DNA of 61,293 bases, counting the filler, from an uncultured Methanosarcinales archaeon (GTDB taxonomy: Archaea > Nanobdellota > Nanobdellia > Woesearchaeales > GW2011-AR9): assembly GCA_964343575.1 (NCBI GenBank). It is 6 parts of 4 records of this genome, joined end to end, with 100 filler letters (N's around TTAATTAATTAA, not from the genome) between each part and the next. Parts side by side here need not be neighbours in the genome. Positions count along the whole stretch, not along the records: positions 31,590 to 50,142 come from CAYFJV010000004.1; positions 50,243 to 56,621 come from CAYFJV010000005.1; positions 56,722 to 61,293 come from CAYFJV010000006.1; 3 more parts are not named here. The stretch is one strand, 5' to 3'. The position numbers were made by a program, and so were the translations under genes. Positions 47,791-57,500 of the stretch are shown here, piece after piece (positions within the stretch are counted from its first letter, which is position 1; every line of letters begins with the position of its first letter). The notes beneath the pieces were generated by a model, which ran no database searches, was not told the origin of the DNA, and saw only the letters and a program-made list of their open reading frames with translations.

Positions 47791-48714
47791 ATGGCAAGTT
47801 TACCAGAACAGATAGACATAATGGTTAATTCCGAGTGTAATGCCAGATGTCAGATGTGTATTCAGGAAATTACATGGAAGATTCCCACAGGAGAACAAGA
47901 CCCATTTACAAAAGGAGTCTCTAATCATGTTAGTGAATACTATGGCTTGGGCGGAAGAAGAGTTATTATAACAGGTGGCGAACCAACCCTTAGACCTAGT
48001 CGAATTCTTTCAACATTAGATGAATTATCAAAATATCCTGAATGGGATTTGATAGCCATGTATACAAATGGATCAAGGCTCTTAAAAGAATCAGATGGAC
48101 AAACACTGGTTCAAAAACTCAAACAAGCAGGGTTACAGTATGTCAATTTAAGTACACATCATTACGACCCCACAGAAAACAATAGAATTTTTGGGATAAA
48201 TGCTGGTAATCCACGTGTTATTGGTAAGCATCTCTCTGATATAGGCATGCCATTGAGACTTTGTGCAACTTTACAAAAAGGAGGACTTGAAACAGCAGAT
48301 GATGTAATGAGGTATCTCGATTTTGCTCAAGAGTGTGGTGCTCAAGATGTATATCTTAGAGAGTTATTTCGAATCTACAACATTGATTCCAGCAATGAAG
48401 CAGTAAGGGGACATTTGGAATACATCGATTATAATTTCGTTCCACTAAAGCCAATAATTGAAGAATTGAGAGAAAGGGGTGCAATCCAAACTGGACAAAG
48501 AACTAATTTCCAAGGAAGAGAAAAAAATGAACTTGCATTCGAAACTATTAAGGGATTTCCTTTTTATGTCTCTCAGTTAGAAATAGGAAGAGAGAAGGAT
48601 GACGAATTACCTTACTTGGTGGTAATGCCTAATGGCAACCTCTATTCTACTTGGATGGGTGAACAATCTGAGATTGGTTCGTTAAAAGAGTTCATTGAGG
48701 GGAGCCACGCATGA
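47791..48714 (+). CDS. Radical SAM enzyme
   Basis: CNARCQMC, ITGGEPT, YTNGS and VNLS.HH. Confidence 0.88.
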   Translation: MASLPEQIDIMVNSECNARCQMCIQEITWKIPTGEQDPFTKGVSNHVSEYYGLGGRRVIITGGEPTLRPSRILSTLDELSKYPEWDLIAMYTNGSRLLKESDGQTLVQKLKQAGLQYVNLSTHHYDPTENNRIFGINAGNPRVIGKHLSDIGMPLRLCATLQKGGLETADDVMRYLDFAQECGAQDVYLRELFRIYNIDSSNEAVRGHLEYIDYNFVPLKPIIEELRERGAIQTGQRTNFQGREKNELAFETIKGFPFYVSQLEIGREKDDELPYLVVMPNGNLYSTWMGEQSEIGSLKEFIEGSHA

Positions 48715-49346
48715 AGCAAGAATCACTTCTAGTAGTTGATGTTCAAAATGAGTTCTGCCACCCTGATGGATTCTTTGCAAGAAATCTTTGTGAATGTAAC
48801 CTAGATGGATTTTTTGGAGATAGTAAATTAACTGTTCAAGATATAGATAGAGTAGTAGACAATGTAGAGTCTGCAATTGATCATTTTCGGATAGCTGAAC
48901 TACCTGTCATCTATGTAAAGGCTGTATCTGATCCACAATACCTCTCAGAGTATAGATTTGAACGTTATAAGAGAATGTATGAACAAGGTTTTTTGCAAGA
49001 TGGGACTTGGAGCACTGATTTTTACAGAGTTTCGCCACAAGCAGGAGAATTAGTTTTTAAAAAGGGGGCGTATAACCCTTTTCAAAATCATGATTTCAAA
49101 GATCATGTTTTAAAATCAGCATCTGGCTTAGTTCTTGTTGGATTTTTTAGTGACGTATGTATTGATGCAGTGGCTAGAGCTGCAGACGAAATAGGTGTTG
49201 GAATCCCCACCAAAGTAATTGCAGATTGCTCAACTGGTTTGTTGAGACCCCACGAGAAGAATTTAAGATTCATGGAGATGTTTTACGGCACTACAATACA
49301 TAAAACTCTTTCAGATTATATCTCGAGAAATCAAGACAAACTTTGA
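48711..49346 (+). CDS. Isochorismatase/cysteine hydrolase family amidohydrolase
   Basis: VVDVQNEFC, KK..Y..F and GFFSDVCI (D-K-C triad). Confidence 0.88.
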   Translation: MKQESLLVVDVQNEFCHPDGFFARNLCECNLDGFFGDSKLTVQDIDRVVDNVESAIDHFRIAELPVIYVKAVSDPQYLSEYRFERYKRMYEQGFLQDGTWSTDFYRVSPQAGELVFKKGAYNPFQNHDFKDHVLKSASGLVLVGFFSDVCIDAVARAADEIGVGIPTKVIADCSTGLLRPHEKNLRFMEMFYGTTIHKTLSDYISRNQDKL

Positions 49347-49359
49347 TAGTGGTGTCAAA

Positions 49360-50073
49360 ATGAAAGACAAAAGAGTTTTAATCATAGGTGCGGGAACTTA
49401 TTCAAAGAAAAATGCATCAATTAAGGGAATTGGAACTTGTTTAGTTGAAAGGTTAGCACAAGAGGATCACTTAACCATTTTATTCACATATTGTAAAAGC
49501 CAAAATGGTGCAAAAAAACTCATTGAAGGAATAAAATCAAAAGACCCTAATTTTAGAATCAATTGCCTTCGATTTAATTCATTAAATTGTGAATCTGAAT
49601 GGCAAAACTTAAATTCTGAATTGGAAAAATTTGGAATACCTCATATTTTTGTGTATAACGCTGGACTGCGATTCTACAAGGAAAAATTAACAGAACCAGA
49701 AAAAGAGGCAACAATGAGAGTTAATTATTCGTGCCCGATATTCCTTATAGAAAAAATTGGAGAGAAAATTCATCAACAAAGAATAAGAGGGAAGATTATT
49801 CTAACAAGTTCAGTTCTAGCAGGACAGCACCATCCTTTTTTAGAAGATTATTGTTTGACAAAAGGATTGTTAGAAAAGTATGTTCAAGATAATTCAGAGT
49901 ACTTTAATTCAAGAGGTATAGATATCATGGTCGTTTCGCCAGATGTTACAAAAACACCAATGACAGAAGAACGAATTGATAAGTATGAAGAAGAGGCCAG
50001 ACGAGGAGAAAGACCACAGATTACTTCACCTAAGGGCATTGCAGAAGATATCGCAAGTTTATGTTTAAAATAG
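49360..50073 (+). CDS. Short-chain dehydrogenase/reductase
   Basis: GIG, YNAG, TSS, YCLTK and PDVTKT. Confidence 0.8.
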   Translation: MKDKRVLIIGAGTYSKKNASIKGIGTCLVERLAQEDHLTILFTYCKSQNGAKKLIEGIKSKDPNFRINCLRFNSLNCESEWQNLNSELEKFGIPHIFVYNAGLRFYKEKLTEPEKEATMRVNYSCPIFLIEKIGEKIHQQRIRGKIILTSSVLAGQHHPFLEDYCLTKGLLEKYVQDNSEYFNSRGIDIMVVSPDVTKTPMTEERIDKYEEEARRGERPQITSPKGIAEDIASLCLK

Positions 50074-50142
50074 GTTTAATTCATTTCTTGAAAAACTCAA
50101 TCACTGCAGCAACCGCCATAGAAATTACTGTAGTAATTATAC

Positions 50143-50242
50143 NNNNNNNNNNNNNNNNNNNNNNNNNNNNNNNNNNNNNNNNNNNNTTAATTAATTAANN
50201 NNNNNNNNNNNNNNNNNNNNNNNNNNNNNNNNNNNNNNNNNN
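50143..50242. other. Artificial contig linker
   Basis: N-TTAATTAATTAA-N. Confidence 0.99.
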
Positions 50243-50380
50243 AGGGGAGAGGTCCCAGTTTTTCTATAGAGTTCTATCTGTAATGTTTTTGTTGGTTCGT
50301 TAGTTAATTTTTAACAAATCTTACCCTTTTTAAGTGGTAAACACAGGAAGATTTAAGAATGAAAAACCACTCAGAAAAAT

Positions 50381-51865
50381 ATGGATTTGGACAGAGAAAT
50401 CAGTGATTATGTAGATGATCAAGATGAATTTTTTCGTGCGAGGTTTGGTAAGGTGGGTTATATTCCCAACCTTCCTTTTGCATTTGAAATAACTCACACA
50501 ATTAGGGAGATTCGCAGTAAGTATTGTGGATTGATTGAACCTGGTACAAGAACTGATGATTCTGTTCAAATAGCTGGAAGGGTGACCCAAAAAAGGGATA
50601 TGGGTAGTATATTGTTCTTAGATATACAAAATGAAGGGGAACCTTTACAAATTTGTGCAAATAAAAAAATGACAGACCCACGATATTTTGATGCCTTGAG
50701 GGAACTAGACTTGGGAGATATCATTGGGGTTTATGGTAGGGTGATGTCTACACAAAGAGGGGAGCTTTCGATTCATCCCGACAAGGCAGAATTATTGTCG
50801 AAGGCATTAAGACCAATGCCAGACAAACATTCAGGTTTAAAAAATTCAGAACAGAGGTATCGTCATCGTCATTTAGACATGATGGCCAACCCCGAAGTAA
50901 TAGAGATCTTCAAACAAAGGACTAGAACATTTGATGCTGCAAGAAGTTATCTCAAGTCTCATGGTTTTTTGGAGGTTGATACGCCAGTTTTACAGTCGGT
51001 TTATGGGGGTGCAAATGCAAGACCTTTTGTTACTCGTCATAACGCTTTAGATCAGGAAATGTATTTGAGGATTTCAAATGAGTTGTACTTAAAGAGGCTG
51101 ATTATTGGAGGAATTCCAAAGGTTTTTGAATTTGCTAGAGATTTTAGGAATGAAGGCATAGATTCAACACACAATCCAGAGTTTACACAGTTGGAGCTTT
51201 ATGAGGCATTTGTAGATTATGATACTATGGCTAAAAGGGTACAAGAGATATTTGGGGAAGTGGCTAGTATTGCTACTCAAAAAATAAAAGTGGGCGACGA
51301 AGAAATTGATTTGTCTATGCCATTTAAAGATATGACTATGGTAGATTCTGTAAGTCGCTATGCAGGAATCAATGTCTCTGATTTTACAGATAGTCAATTG
51401 AAAGATTTGCTTACAGAAAGGAGTTTAACTATAAAACGGGGCAAATTTTCAAGGGGAAGAGCGTTAGTCTCTTTGTTTGAAGGGTTGGTGGAAGGTAAAC
51501 TTGTTCAACCACACATTATTAGAGACCATCCTATAGAAACTTCGCCTCTTGCTAGGCGTCATAGGGACAATCCAGAATTTACAGAAAGATTTGAGGTCTT
51601 TATTGGTGGAACAGAGTTTGGAAATGCCTATAGTGAACTTAATGATGCTTTAGATCAAAGGGCTAGATTTCATATGCAAGGTTTAGAACGAATTAGTGGA
51701 GATGATGAGGCACATCCTATGGACGAAGAATTTCTGAGGGCAATGGAGGCAGGAATGCCCCCTACAGGAGGGCTAGGTATTGGAATGGACAGGTTAGTTG
51801 CATTAATAACAAACCAATCTTCGATTAAAGACGTACTACTTTTTCCAACAATGAGGCATAAATGA
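50381..51865 (+). CDS. lysS: Lysine--tRNA ligase, class II
   Basis: OB anticodon domain; RYRHRHLD, GGANARPF, FRNEGID..HNPEFT, NAYSELND and GMPPTGGLGIGMDRL. Confidence 0.95.
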   Translation: MDLDREISDYVDDQDEFFRARFGKVGYIPNLPFAFEITHTIREIRSKYCGLIEPGTRTDDSVQIAGRVTQKRDMGSILFLDIQNEGEPLQICANKKMTDPRYFDALRELDLGDIIGVYGRVMSTQRGELSIHPDKAELLSKALRPMPDKHSGLKNSEQRYRHRHLDMMANPEVIEIFKQRTRTFDAARSYLKSHGFLEVDTPVLQSVYGGANARPFVTRHNALDQEMYLRISNELYLKRLIIGGIPKVFEFARDFRNEGIDSTHNPEFTQLELYEAFVDYDTMAKRVQEIFGEVASIATQKIKVGDEEIDLSMPFKDMTMVDSVSRYAGINVSDFTDSQLKDLLTERSLTIKRGKFSRGRALVSLFEGLVEGKLVQPHIIRDHPIETSPLARRHRDNPEFTERFEVFIGGTEFGNAYSELNDALDQRARFHMQGLERISGDDEAHPMDEEFLRAMEAGMPPTGGLGIGMDRLVALITNQSSIKDVLLFPTMRHK

Positions 51866-52632
51866 TTGCAGATCCAACCATCGAATATGCTGAAGCAATT
51901 CAGTTATTCGGTAATGATCTATGCTTTGCAAATATGTGTGGATCTATAGTGTATGGGAGTGATAACTTAAAAAATGATTTAGATCTTATTGTTGTTCTAA
52001 ACTCTTCAACTCCGAATAATGGATTGTTAGAAACCAGAAAAAGGTTTTCACTAGAGTATTACTCAATACATAGAAAATTAGGTAGAACTCCAGATAGAAA
52101 ATTTCCTGGCGAGGTTATTTCTCTTGCTATGGCGTATGAATCTGCTGTTGGTAGGGGAACCTCCATAATCGATGGGCGTCCAGCTTTACCAATGGTAAAA
52201 AATGATAACTTTTGGAATGATCCCAATAATGAATATAGGTGTTGGAGGTCAATGTTGGCATTTCATGCGGGGGCATTTATAGGGGGAAATAAACGAGTCT
52301 GGAAATATATTAGCGATCTTGCAAGGGCAGAAATATTTGCACAACTTTCTTTTGAACATAGTGTTCCAATTGAAGAGCCCTGTGAAATTGCAAAAGCAAT
52401 AATGCATCTTGGTAAAGAGTATATTGGAATTACTCTTACATATGACCCAGAGTTCACTAAGCATCTTATCCTGGAGCACCCCACAACCATTGATCAAATT
52501 AGAAATTTGCCCGGGGCTCAGGGTAAAACACTAGAGGAACAAATAATAACTTCTCGTCAAGCCTTAGTTTTTGCAAATCAAGGAAAAACTTTTAAGAGTG
52601 AACCCTTATTTAGATGGGAAGATATCCGATGA
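51862..52632 (+). CDS. Nucleotidyltransferase-like protein
   Basis: CGSIVYG.....NDLDLIVV Pol-beta motif; ATGA overlap with lysS. Confidence 0.55.
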   Translation: MIADPTIEYAEAIQLFGNDLCFANMCGSIVYGSDNLKNDLDLIVVLNSSTPNNGLLETRKRFSLEYYSIHRKLGRTPDRKFPGEVISLAMAYESAVGRGTSIIDGRPALPMVKNDNFWNDPNNEYRCWRSMLAFHAGAFIGGNKRVWKYISDLARAEIFAQLSFEHSVPIEEPCEIAKAIMHLGKEYIGITLTYDPEFTKHLILEHPTTIDQIRNLPGAQGKTLEEQIITSRQALVFANQGKTFKSEPLFRWEDIR

Positions 52633-53366
52633 AAATTACTATTTTGGGCACAGGAAGCCCTGAAGGAAACCCAGTTTTATTATCTAAAAAAAGTGGGCCG
52701 AATAGGCTGCGTCCTGGTTTACTTATTGAATATGGAGAGAAAGTAATATTGTTTGATACTAGTCCAGACATCAGGCAACAACTTATTCAACAAAAAGTCA
52801 CAAAAATTGACGCTGTATTTTTAACACATTCCCACTTTGACCATATCTGGGGAATAGCGGATCTCGATCAACTATTTTGGACAGGCAAACAGGAATATGA
52901 GCTATATGCTAATGATTCGACAATAGGTTATCTTAAAAAAAATATGTCCTGGTTAAGGAAACATCCACATAGAGTAGGTAATATACAAATTGGAGGGTTG
53001 CAAATCAGTCCTTTTGTTATTAAACACGAAGATGGTCTAGAAATGGTTGGATATTGTATAAGGCTTGGAGACAAAAAAGTGGTTTATGCCCCAGATATTG
53101 GAGGATTAACAAAGGAATCTCTAGACATTATAAAGGGTGCAGATGTGTTGGTTGCGGATGGACAATATATTTTAGGCAAGTACATAGAAGATGATAGCCA
53201 TCTTGGAGGGAAAGAATTGATAGATCTTTTAAAAAAAACGAATTCAAAAAAAGTGTATTTGGTTGCATATTCTGAATATTGGTATAAGAAAAGTGCAAAA
53301 GAAGCAATGAAAAAACTCCCGAAAACTTTTGTAATTCCTAGTGATGGCGAGGTTATATTTTTATGA
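52629..53366 (+). CDS. MBL-fold metallo-hydrolase (PhnP-like phosphodiesterase)
   Basis: ILGTGS, FDTSPDIRQQ and THSHFDH. Confidence 0.88.
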   Translation: MKITILGTGSPEGNPVLLSKKSGPNRLRPGLLIEYGEKVILFDTSPDIRQQLIQQKVTKIDAVFLTHSHFDHIWGIADLDQLFWTGKQEYELYANDSTIGYLKKNMSWLRKHPHRVGNIQIGGLQISPFVIKHEDGLEMVGYCIRLGDKKVVYAPDIGGLTKESLDIIKGADVLVADGQYILGKYIEDDSHLGGKELIDLLKKTNSKKVYLVAYSEYWYKKSAKEAMKKLPKTFVIPSDGEVIFL

Positions 53367-54079
53367 AAAAGGTAATAATCTTAGGAGGGTCAAGTGGTAT
53401 TGGGTTTGCATGTGCAGAGTTGCTTAAAAAAACTTATGAAGAAGTAGTTATAGTTGGGAAAAATAAAAAACGAATTGAAGACGCTCAAAAAAAGCTTCAA
53501 GTTAATTCGTATGTTTGTGACTGCACACAAGAAGATAAAGTTTTAGAAATGGTTAGTGTGTTGGGTAATTCTGATAGTAATACTGATTGGGTTTTTTGTG
53601 TGGGCTCTGGTGTTATAGGAGAAATACAAAAAATTTCTTTAACACAGTGGGAAGATACTCTTCAGGTTAATACAACATCTGCATTTATATTTTTAAAAAC
53701 TGTTTTGCCGGTGTTGTATCGGAGGAAAAGGGGAAACATAATTTTTATTGGAAGTGAGGCTGGGCAGGAAGGTTTTGCAACTTATAGTGCATATTGCTCT
53801 GCTAAATTTGCTCTTAGGGGGCTCGTTGAATCGGTATATTCTGAGGCAAGGTTAAATGGAATAAAAATTTCACTTATTCATCCTGGAGATGTTGACACCC
53901 CTTTTATGAAAAAATGCCCCATTGACTTAGACTTGATGAAGAAATATGATATCAAGGTGTGCAATAAAGAACACATGTTGAAACCAGAAACCGTAGCTAC
54001 AACTGTAAAGTATTTACTATCTTTACCAAGAAATGCATACGTTCCAAGTATTACTATTCTCCCTGAAGATTTTGAGTAA
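53363..54079 (+). CDS. Short-chain dehydrogenase/reductase
   Basis: GGSSGIG, YCSAKFALRG and PGDVDT. Confidence 0.9.
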   Translation: MKKVIILGGSSGIGFACAELLKKTYEEVVIVGKNKKRIEDAQKKLQVNSYVCDCTQEDKVLEMVSVLGNSDSNTDWVFCVGSGVIGEIQKISLTQWEDTLQVNTTSAFIFLKTVLPVLYRRKRGNIIFIGSEAGQEGFATYSAYCSAKFALRGLVESVYSEARLNGIKISLIHPGDVDTPFMKKCPIDLDLMKKYDIKVCNKEHMLKPETVATTVKYLLSLPRNAYVPSITILPEDFE

Positions 54080-55178
54080 TTATTCTTGGAAAACTAAATT
54101 TTTCAATCCATTTCTGTGGTCCATGACTTCCACTTTTTTTAATCCCTCCCCATGCTGAACTCATAGGTACGTCGAGCGGGTCACAATTTATAAATATATT
54201 TGGGATTGGAAGATTTTTTGCCCAGTCCAAACAGGAGGGGTTATTTGATAAAACGGTGAAGGTTAAGCTATGATGTTTTTTGTGAATTTTATGAGTGCAT
54301 TCTTCAAATGAAGAAACAGCTTTTATCCAAAGTAATGCTCCAAATAGTTCTTCGTTACTGGTAACTATTTCATCATTAGGATTAATTATTATGGCATATG
54401 TTTTTTTTGAGTCTATAAACTTATTTTGAATTGATGATACATGTCTTTTTAAATCTTCAGACAAAGGAATTAGATTTGAGACAATCTCTTTTTTTAATTT
54501 TAACAAAACTTTTTTCCCAATATCTTCATGTACAAAAACCCCACGAATAGCATTACACATTAAACCATTGTTTTCATTTAAACTTCTTTTTAAAATTTTC
54601 ACGGCTAGATTAACATTAGATTTTTTATCGATATAACAAAGACCGTTACCCTCACTTTCTACAATGCAATGCACTCCGTTTTCCATACAGATCTGAAAAA
54701 CTTTTTTTGCACTTTTAGACCCGCCGGTCCAGTAAACTAAGTCGATTTTGTTGTCTTCGATCAAGTTTATAAAATTTTTTTTATCTCCTTCGATAAACCA
54801 GATGTCTCTTTTTGTTAAACCAAGATTGTATAATCTTTCCAATATATCCTTTATAACCTTGACTGTAGTCCTTGATGTCTTAATACAAACTTTGTTACCT
54901 GCAGCTAAAGCTGGAAAAACAGAGTTACAGAAAGATTCAATAAATTCATTGGAGGGGATATTAATAGCAACAACGCCGTAAGGGCATCTTGAGGAAGGTA
55001 GTTCTAGTGAAAAAGATTTTAGATATTTCACACACTTAACTATTTGATGGGTAATAAACCTTTCTCCTCCTGGAAGATTTTTGATTAGATATTCTTTGGT
55101 TTCTTTCTCAGAAAGTTTTTTACCAAACAAATTGGCAATATTCTTTATATTATGTGTTCTTTTGCTGTAAGTGGTCAT
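54054..55178 (-). CDS. Aldehyde dehydrogenase family protein (short, divergent)
   Basis: ALAAGN, WTGGS, ESEGN, GLMCNA, EELFG and WGGIKKSG. Confidence 0.8.
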   Translation of the reverse strand: MTTYSKRTHNIKNIANLFGKKLSEKETKEYLIKNLPGGERFITHQIVKCVKYLKSFSLELPSSRCPYGVVAINIPSNEFIESFCNSVFPALAAGNKVCIKTSRTTVKVIKDILERLYNLGLTKRDIWFIEGDKKNFINLIEDNKIDLVYWTGGSKSAKKVFQICMENGVHCIVESEGNGLCYIDKKSNVNLAVKILKRSLNENNGLMCNAIRGVFVHEDIGKKVLLKLKKEIVSNLIPLSEDLKRHVSSIQNKFIDSKKTYAIIINPNDEIVTSNEELFGALLWIKAVSSFEECTHKIHKKHHSLTFTVLSNNPSCLDWAKNLPIPNIFINCDPLDVPMSSAWGGIKKSGSHGPQKWIEKFSFPRIITQNLQGE

Positions 55179-56517
55179 CTATAATCTCCAAGATTAGTTT
55201 CTTATAATCTTCTGTTAGGAATTCTAATATATAACTATATCTAGGTCCTTGAGAACTTCCAAAAAATGCAGGGTAAATGTCTGCGATAAGTTTACTTGAA
55301 AACTTTTTCTTGAAAATACAACTTCTGAAGTTTTTTAGGGCTTTATCAGAAACGACATTAAAGTCTATTCTCTCTATGGGTATCATTTGGGGGAAGTTTC
55401 CTAGATATTTTTTTGAAAACATAATACAAGAGTTAAATAATTCTTTTAATCTATTAATTGAAATGTCTTTGACAAAGAAAATGTTTTTTAGATGGTTTAT
55501 GGTGGAATTGTCCCAAACGTAAGTTGGTTCAAAATAATGAATCATCAGACTTGCTTCATATAAAGACTTTTTCCCAAAAGGTACACTTTTTGCTATTTTT
55601 AAAATTTTTTCGTTTGACGGAAAGGAAGATTTAGTAAGTCTATTACAATATATTTCCTGAATAACGGGGAGAGGTAATAATTGAGTGATGTTTTTAATTG
55701 AGATGTCGTATTTAAAATAAGCGAACTGAGATGTATAGGGGATAATTTTTCCTAGATATTTTTTCGAAATCATTGAAGAAATAAAATAAGATCCTTTTTC
55801 TTCTTCAAGATAATTTTGGGTAAATGCCTCGAAAGTTACGTTGAAAATATTCCACCTAATTGCACAATCAACCGACCAAATAAATTTACCTGGGGGAATG
55901 GTTTTAACTGTATAATTTTTATCACAACTTTTACAATAAACTTCCATTAATTTGTGGTTGTATGTGCTTAGATCTATGCGTCCACATTTTTTACAGATTG
56001 GACGATATATTGTATTGTGGTGCCTTTCGTACTTTTCTTTAAGATCTTTAATTATTTGAACTTCGTTTTTGAGTAAAATTTTTCTATAATCTTTGTATAG
56101 TTTAGACTTGTAAAATTTGTGAACAGAATTTATGGCGGTCTTAATGCCAATCTTTCTTAATTTTTCTTTTAGTAAATTAGAGAAAAAATTAGATAAATTT
56201 TTGCCATTTTTTAAAATTATTTTTGAAATTGGCCATCCAATATAATTATGGAGGTAATCTAATGATGCATCAAACTTAATCAAACGTCTATAGTGCATCT
56301 CAGTGAATGGGTCTAAGCTATCATTTATAATAAAAAAAATATTTTTTTTATTCTTAAGTAAATCAACAATTGAATATGTCAAAATTATTTCACGCAACTG
56401 GTTGTCTGAGACTTCGTATGCAGTTGTAATGCCCGCTATAAAATTTCCACTAAGATTTCTAGCAGTTATCTTTCTCACAATACTTTTAATATTGCATGCC
56501 TTGAATGGCTTTTTCAT
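55150..56517 (-). CDS. Divergent class I lysyl-tRNA synthetase-like protein
   Basis: AGIT....LRE, NDSLDP, YIGWPIS, YRPICKKCGRID, GKFIWSVDCAIRW...VTFEAF and QGPR; HIGH and KMSKS not recognisable. Confidence 0.7.
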   Translation of the reverse strand: MKKPFKACNIKSIVRKITARNLSGNFIAGITTAYEVSDNQLREIILTYSIVDLLKNKKNIFFIINDSLDPFTEMHYRRLIKFDASLDYLHNYIGWPISKIILKNGKNLSNFFSNLLKEKLRKIGIKTAINSVHKFYKSKLYKDYRKILLKNEVQIIKDLKEKYERHHNTIYRPICKKCGRIDLSTYNHKLMEVYCKSCDKNYTVKTIPPGKFIWSVDCAIRWNIFNVTFEAFTQNYLEEEKGSYFISSMISKKYLGKIIPYTSQFAYFKYDISIKNITQLLPLPVIQEIYCNRLTKSSFPSNEKILKIAKSVPFGKKSLYEASLMIHYFEPTYVWDNSTINHLKNIFFVKDISINRLKELFNSCIMFSKKYLGNFPQMIPIERIDFNVVSDKALKNFRSCIFKKKFSSKLIADIYPAFFGSSQGPRYSYILEFLTEDYKKLILEIIDDHLQQKNT

Positions 56518-56568
56518 TATTATTATTATATAATAAAACTATATAAATGTGTATAATAAATAACTGGT

Positions 56569-56621
56569 TTATTCAATTAATTCAATCTCAATATCAACAT
56601 CTTTAGGGATTGGAACACGCA
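56569..56621 (-). CDS. rps10: Ribosomal protein uS10, C-terminal fragment
   Basis: RVPIPKDVDIEIELIE* matches the archaeal S10 C-terminus. Confidence 0.65.
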
Positions 56622-56721
56622 NNNNNNNNNNNNNNNNNNNNNNNNNNNNNNNNNNNNNNNNNNNNTTAATTAATTAANNNNNNNNNNNNNNNNNNNNNNN
56701 NNNNNNNNNNNNNNNNNNNNN
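56622..56721. other. Artificial contig linker
   Basis: N-TTAATTAATTAA-N. Confidence 0.99.
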
Positions 56722-56776
56722 ACTCGGCAAAATTATTTGGAAACAACGCTCCTGGATACGTCGCAACGCCATAACC
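56722..56776. repeat. 55-bp exact copy of mre11-internal 60046-60100
   Basis: actcggcaaa...cgccataacc is identical at both positions. Confidence 0.95.
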
Positions 56777-57300
56777 TCTTTCTCTACCTGAAACCCCCTC
56801 ACTGATGGCAAAAACCGAGTAACTGCATCCACCGATGCATGCTTCCTATGACAAACACCAAATGCATCATTCACAAAAACCTCTGCTAAATTGGCAAGAG
56901 AATGGGCAAACAAAACATCATTCTCCTCTTCTTGAACATGGAACCGCAAATTCTCTAACAACAAAACTTCTCCGAATTTCAATTTATCCGCTGCCTTCTT
57001 AACCTTAAGCCCAACACTATCTTCAGCAAACCTAACTCTAACTCCTTTCAACAATCTCTTCAATTCTTTATGAACAACTTTCAAAGACAACTCCTTCTCA
57101 ACCTTCCCCTTTGGCCTGCCCAAATGGGAAACCAACACCACGGCACATCCCTTCTTTAGCAAAAATCGAATTGTCTTTAGAGATGCTTTAATCTTTGTAT
57201 CATCTTTAACCTTCCCATCCTTCAAAGGGACATTATAATCTACTCTAACTAAAACTTTCTTATCATTAACTGGAAAACTATTCAATGAAAAACCTTTCAT
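56777..57300 (-). CDS. pgk: Phosphoglycerate kinase, N-terminal half (cut at a chimeric junction)
   Basis: RVDYNVP, SHLGRP, LLENLRF and NDAFGVCHR.HAS. Confidence 0.9.
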
Positions 57301-57500
57301 AACTCAAACAAAACATTTTCCGTTTATAAATTTCTCTAAAACATCCTGTTAAATGCACTCAAATTCTTTCAAAATCCTAATTTATTAGACAGAAAACAAA
57401 AAAATGGAACTAAGTTCTAGAAAAGAAACCTTTTTAAAGGTCTTTTACATTCCACAATAGAAATATCTTAACATTAATAAAAAAAGAAGCTGGATAACAA

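Noticed and set aside
47791..51865. EpmA/EpmB-like pair (radical SAM plus LysRS-II)
   Set aside because: The genes are on different contigs; the LysRS retains its anticodon domain and the radical SAM does not resemble lysine aminomutase
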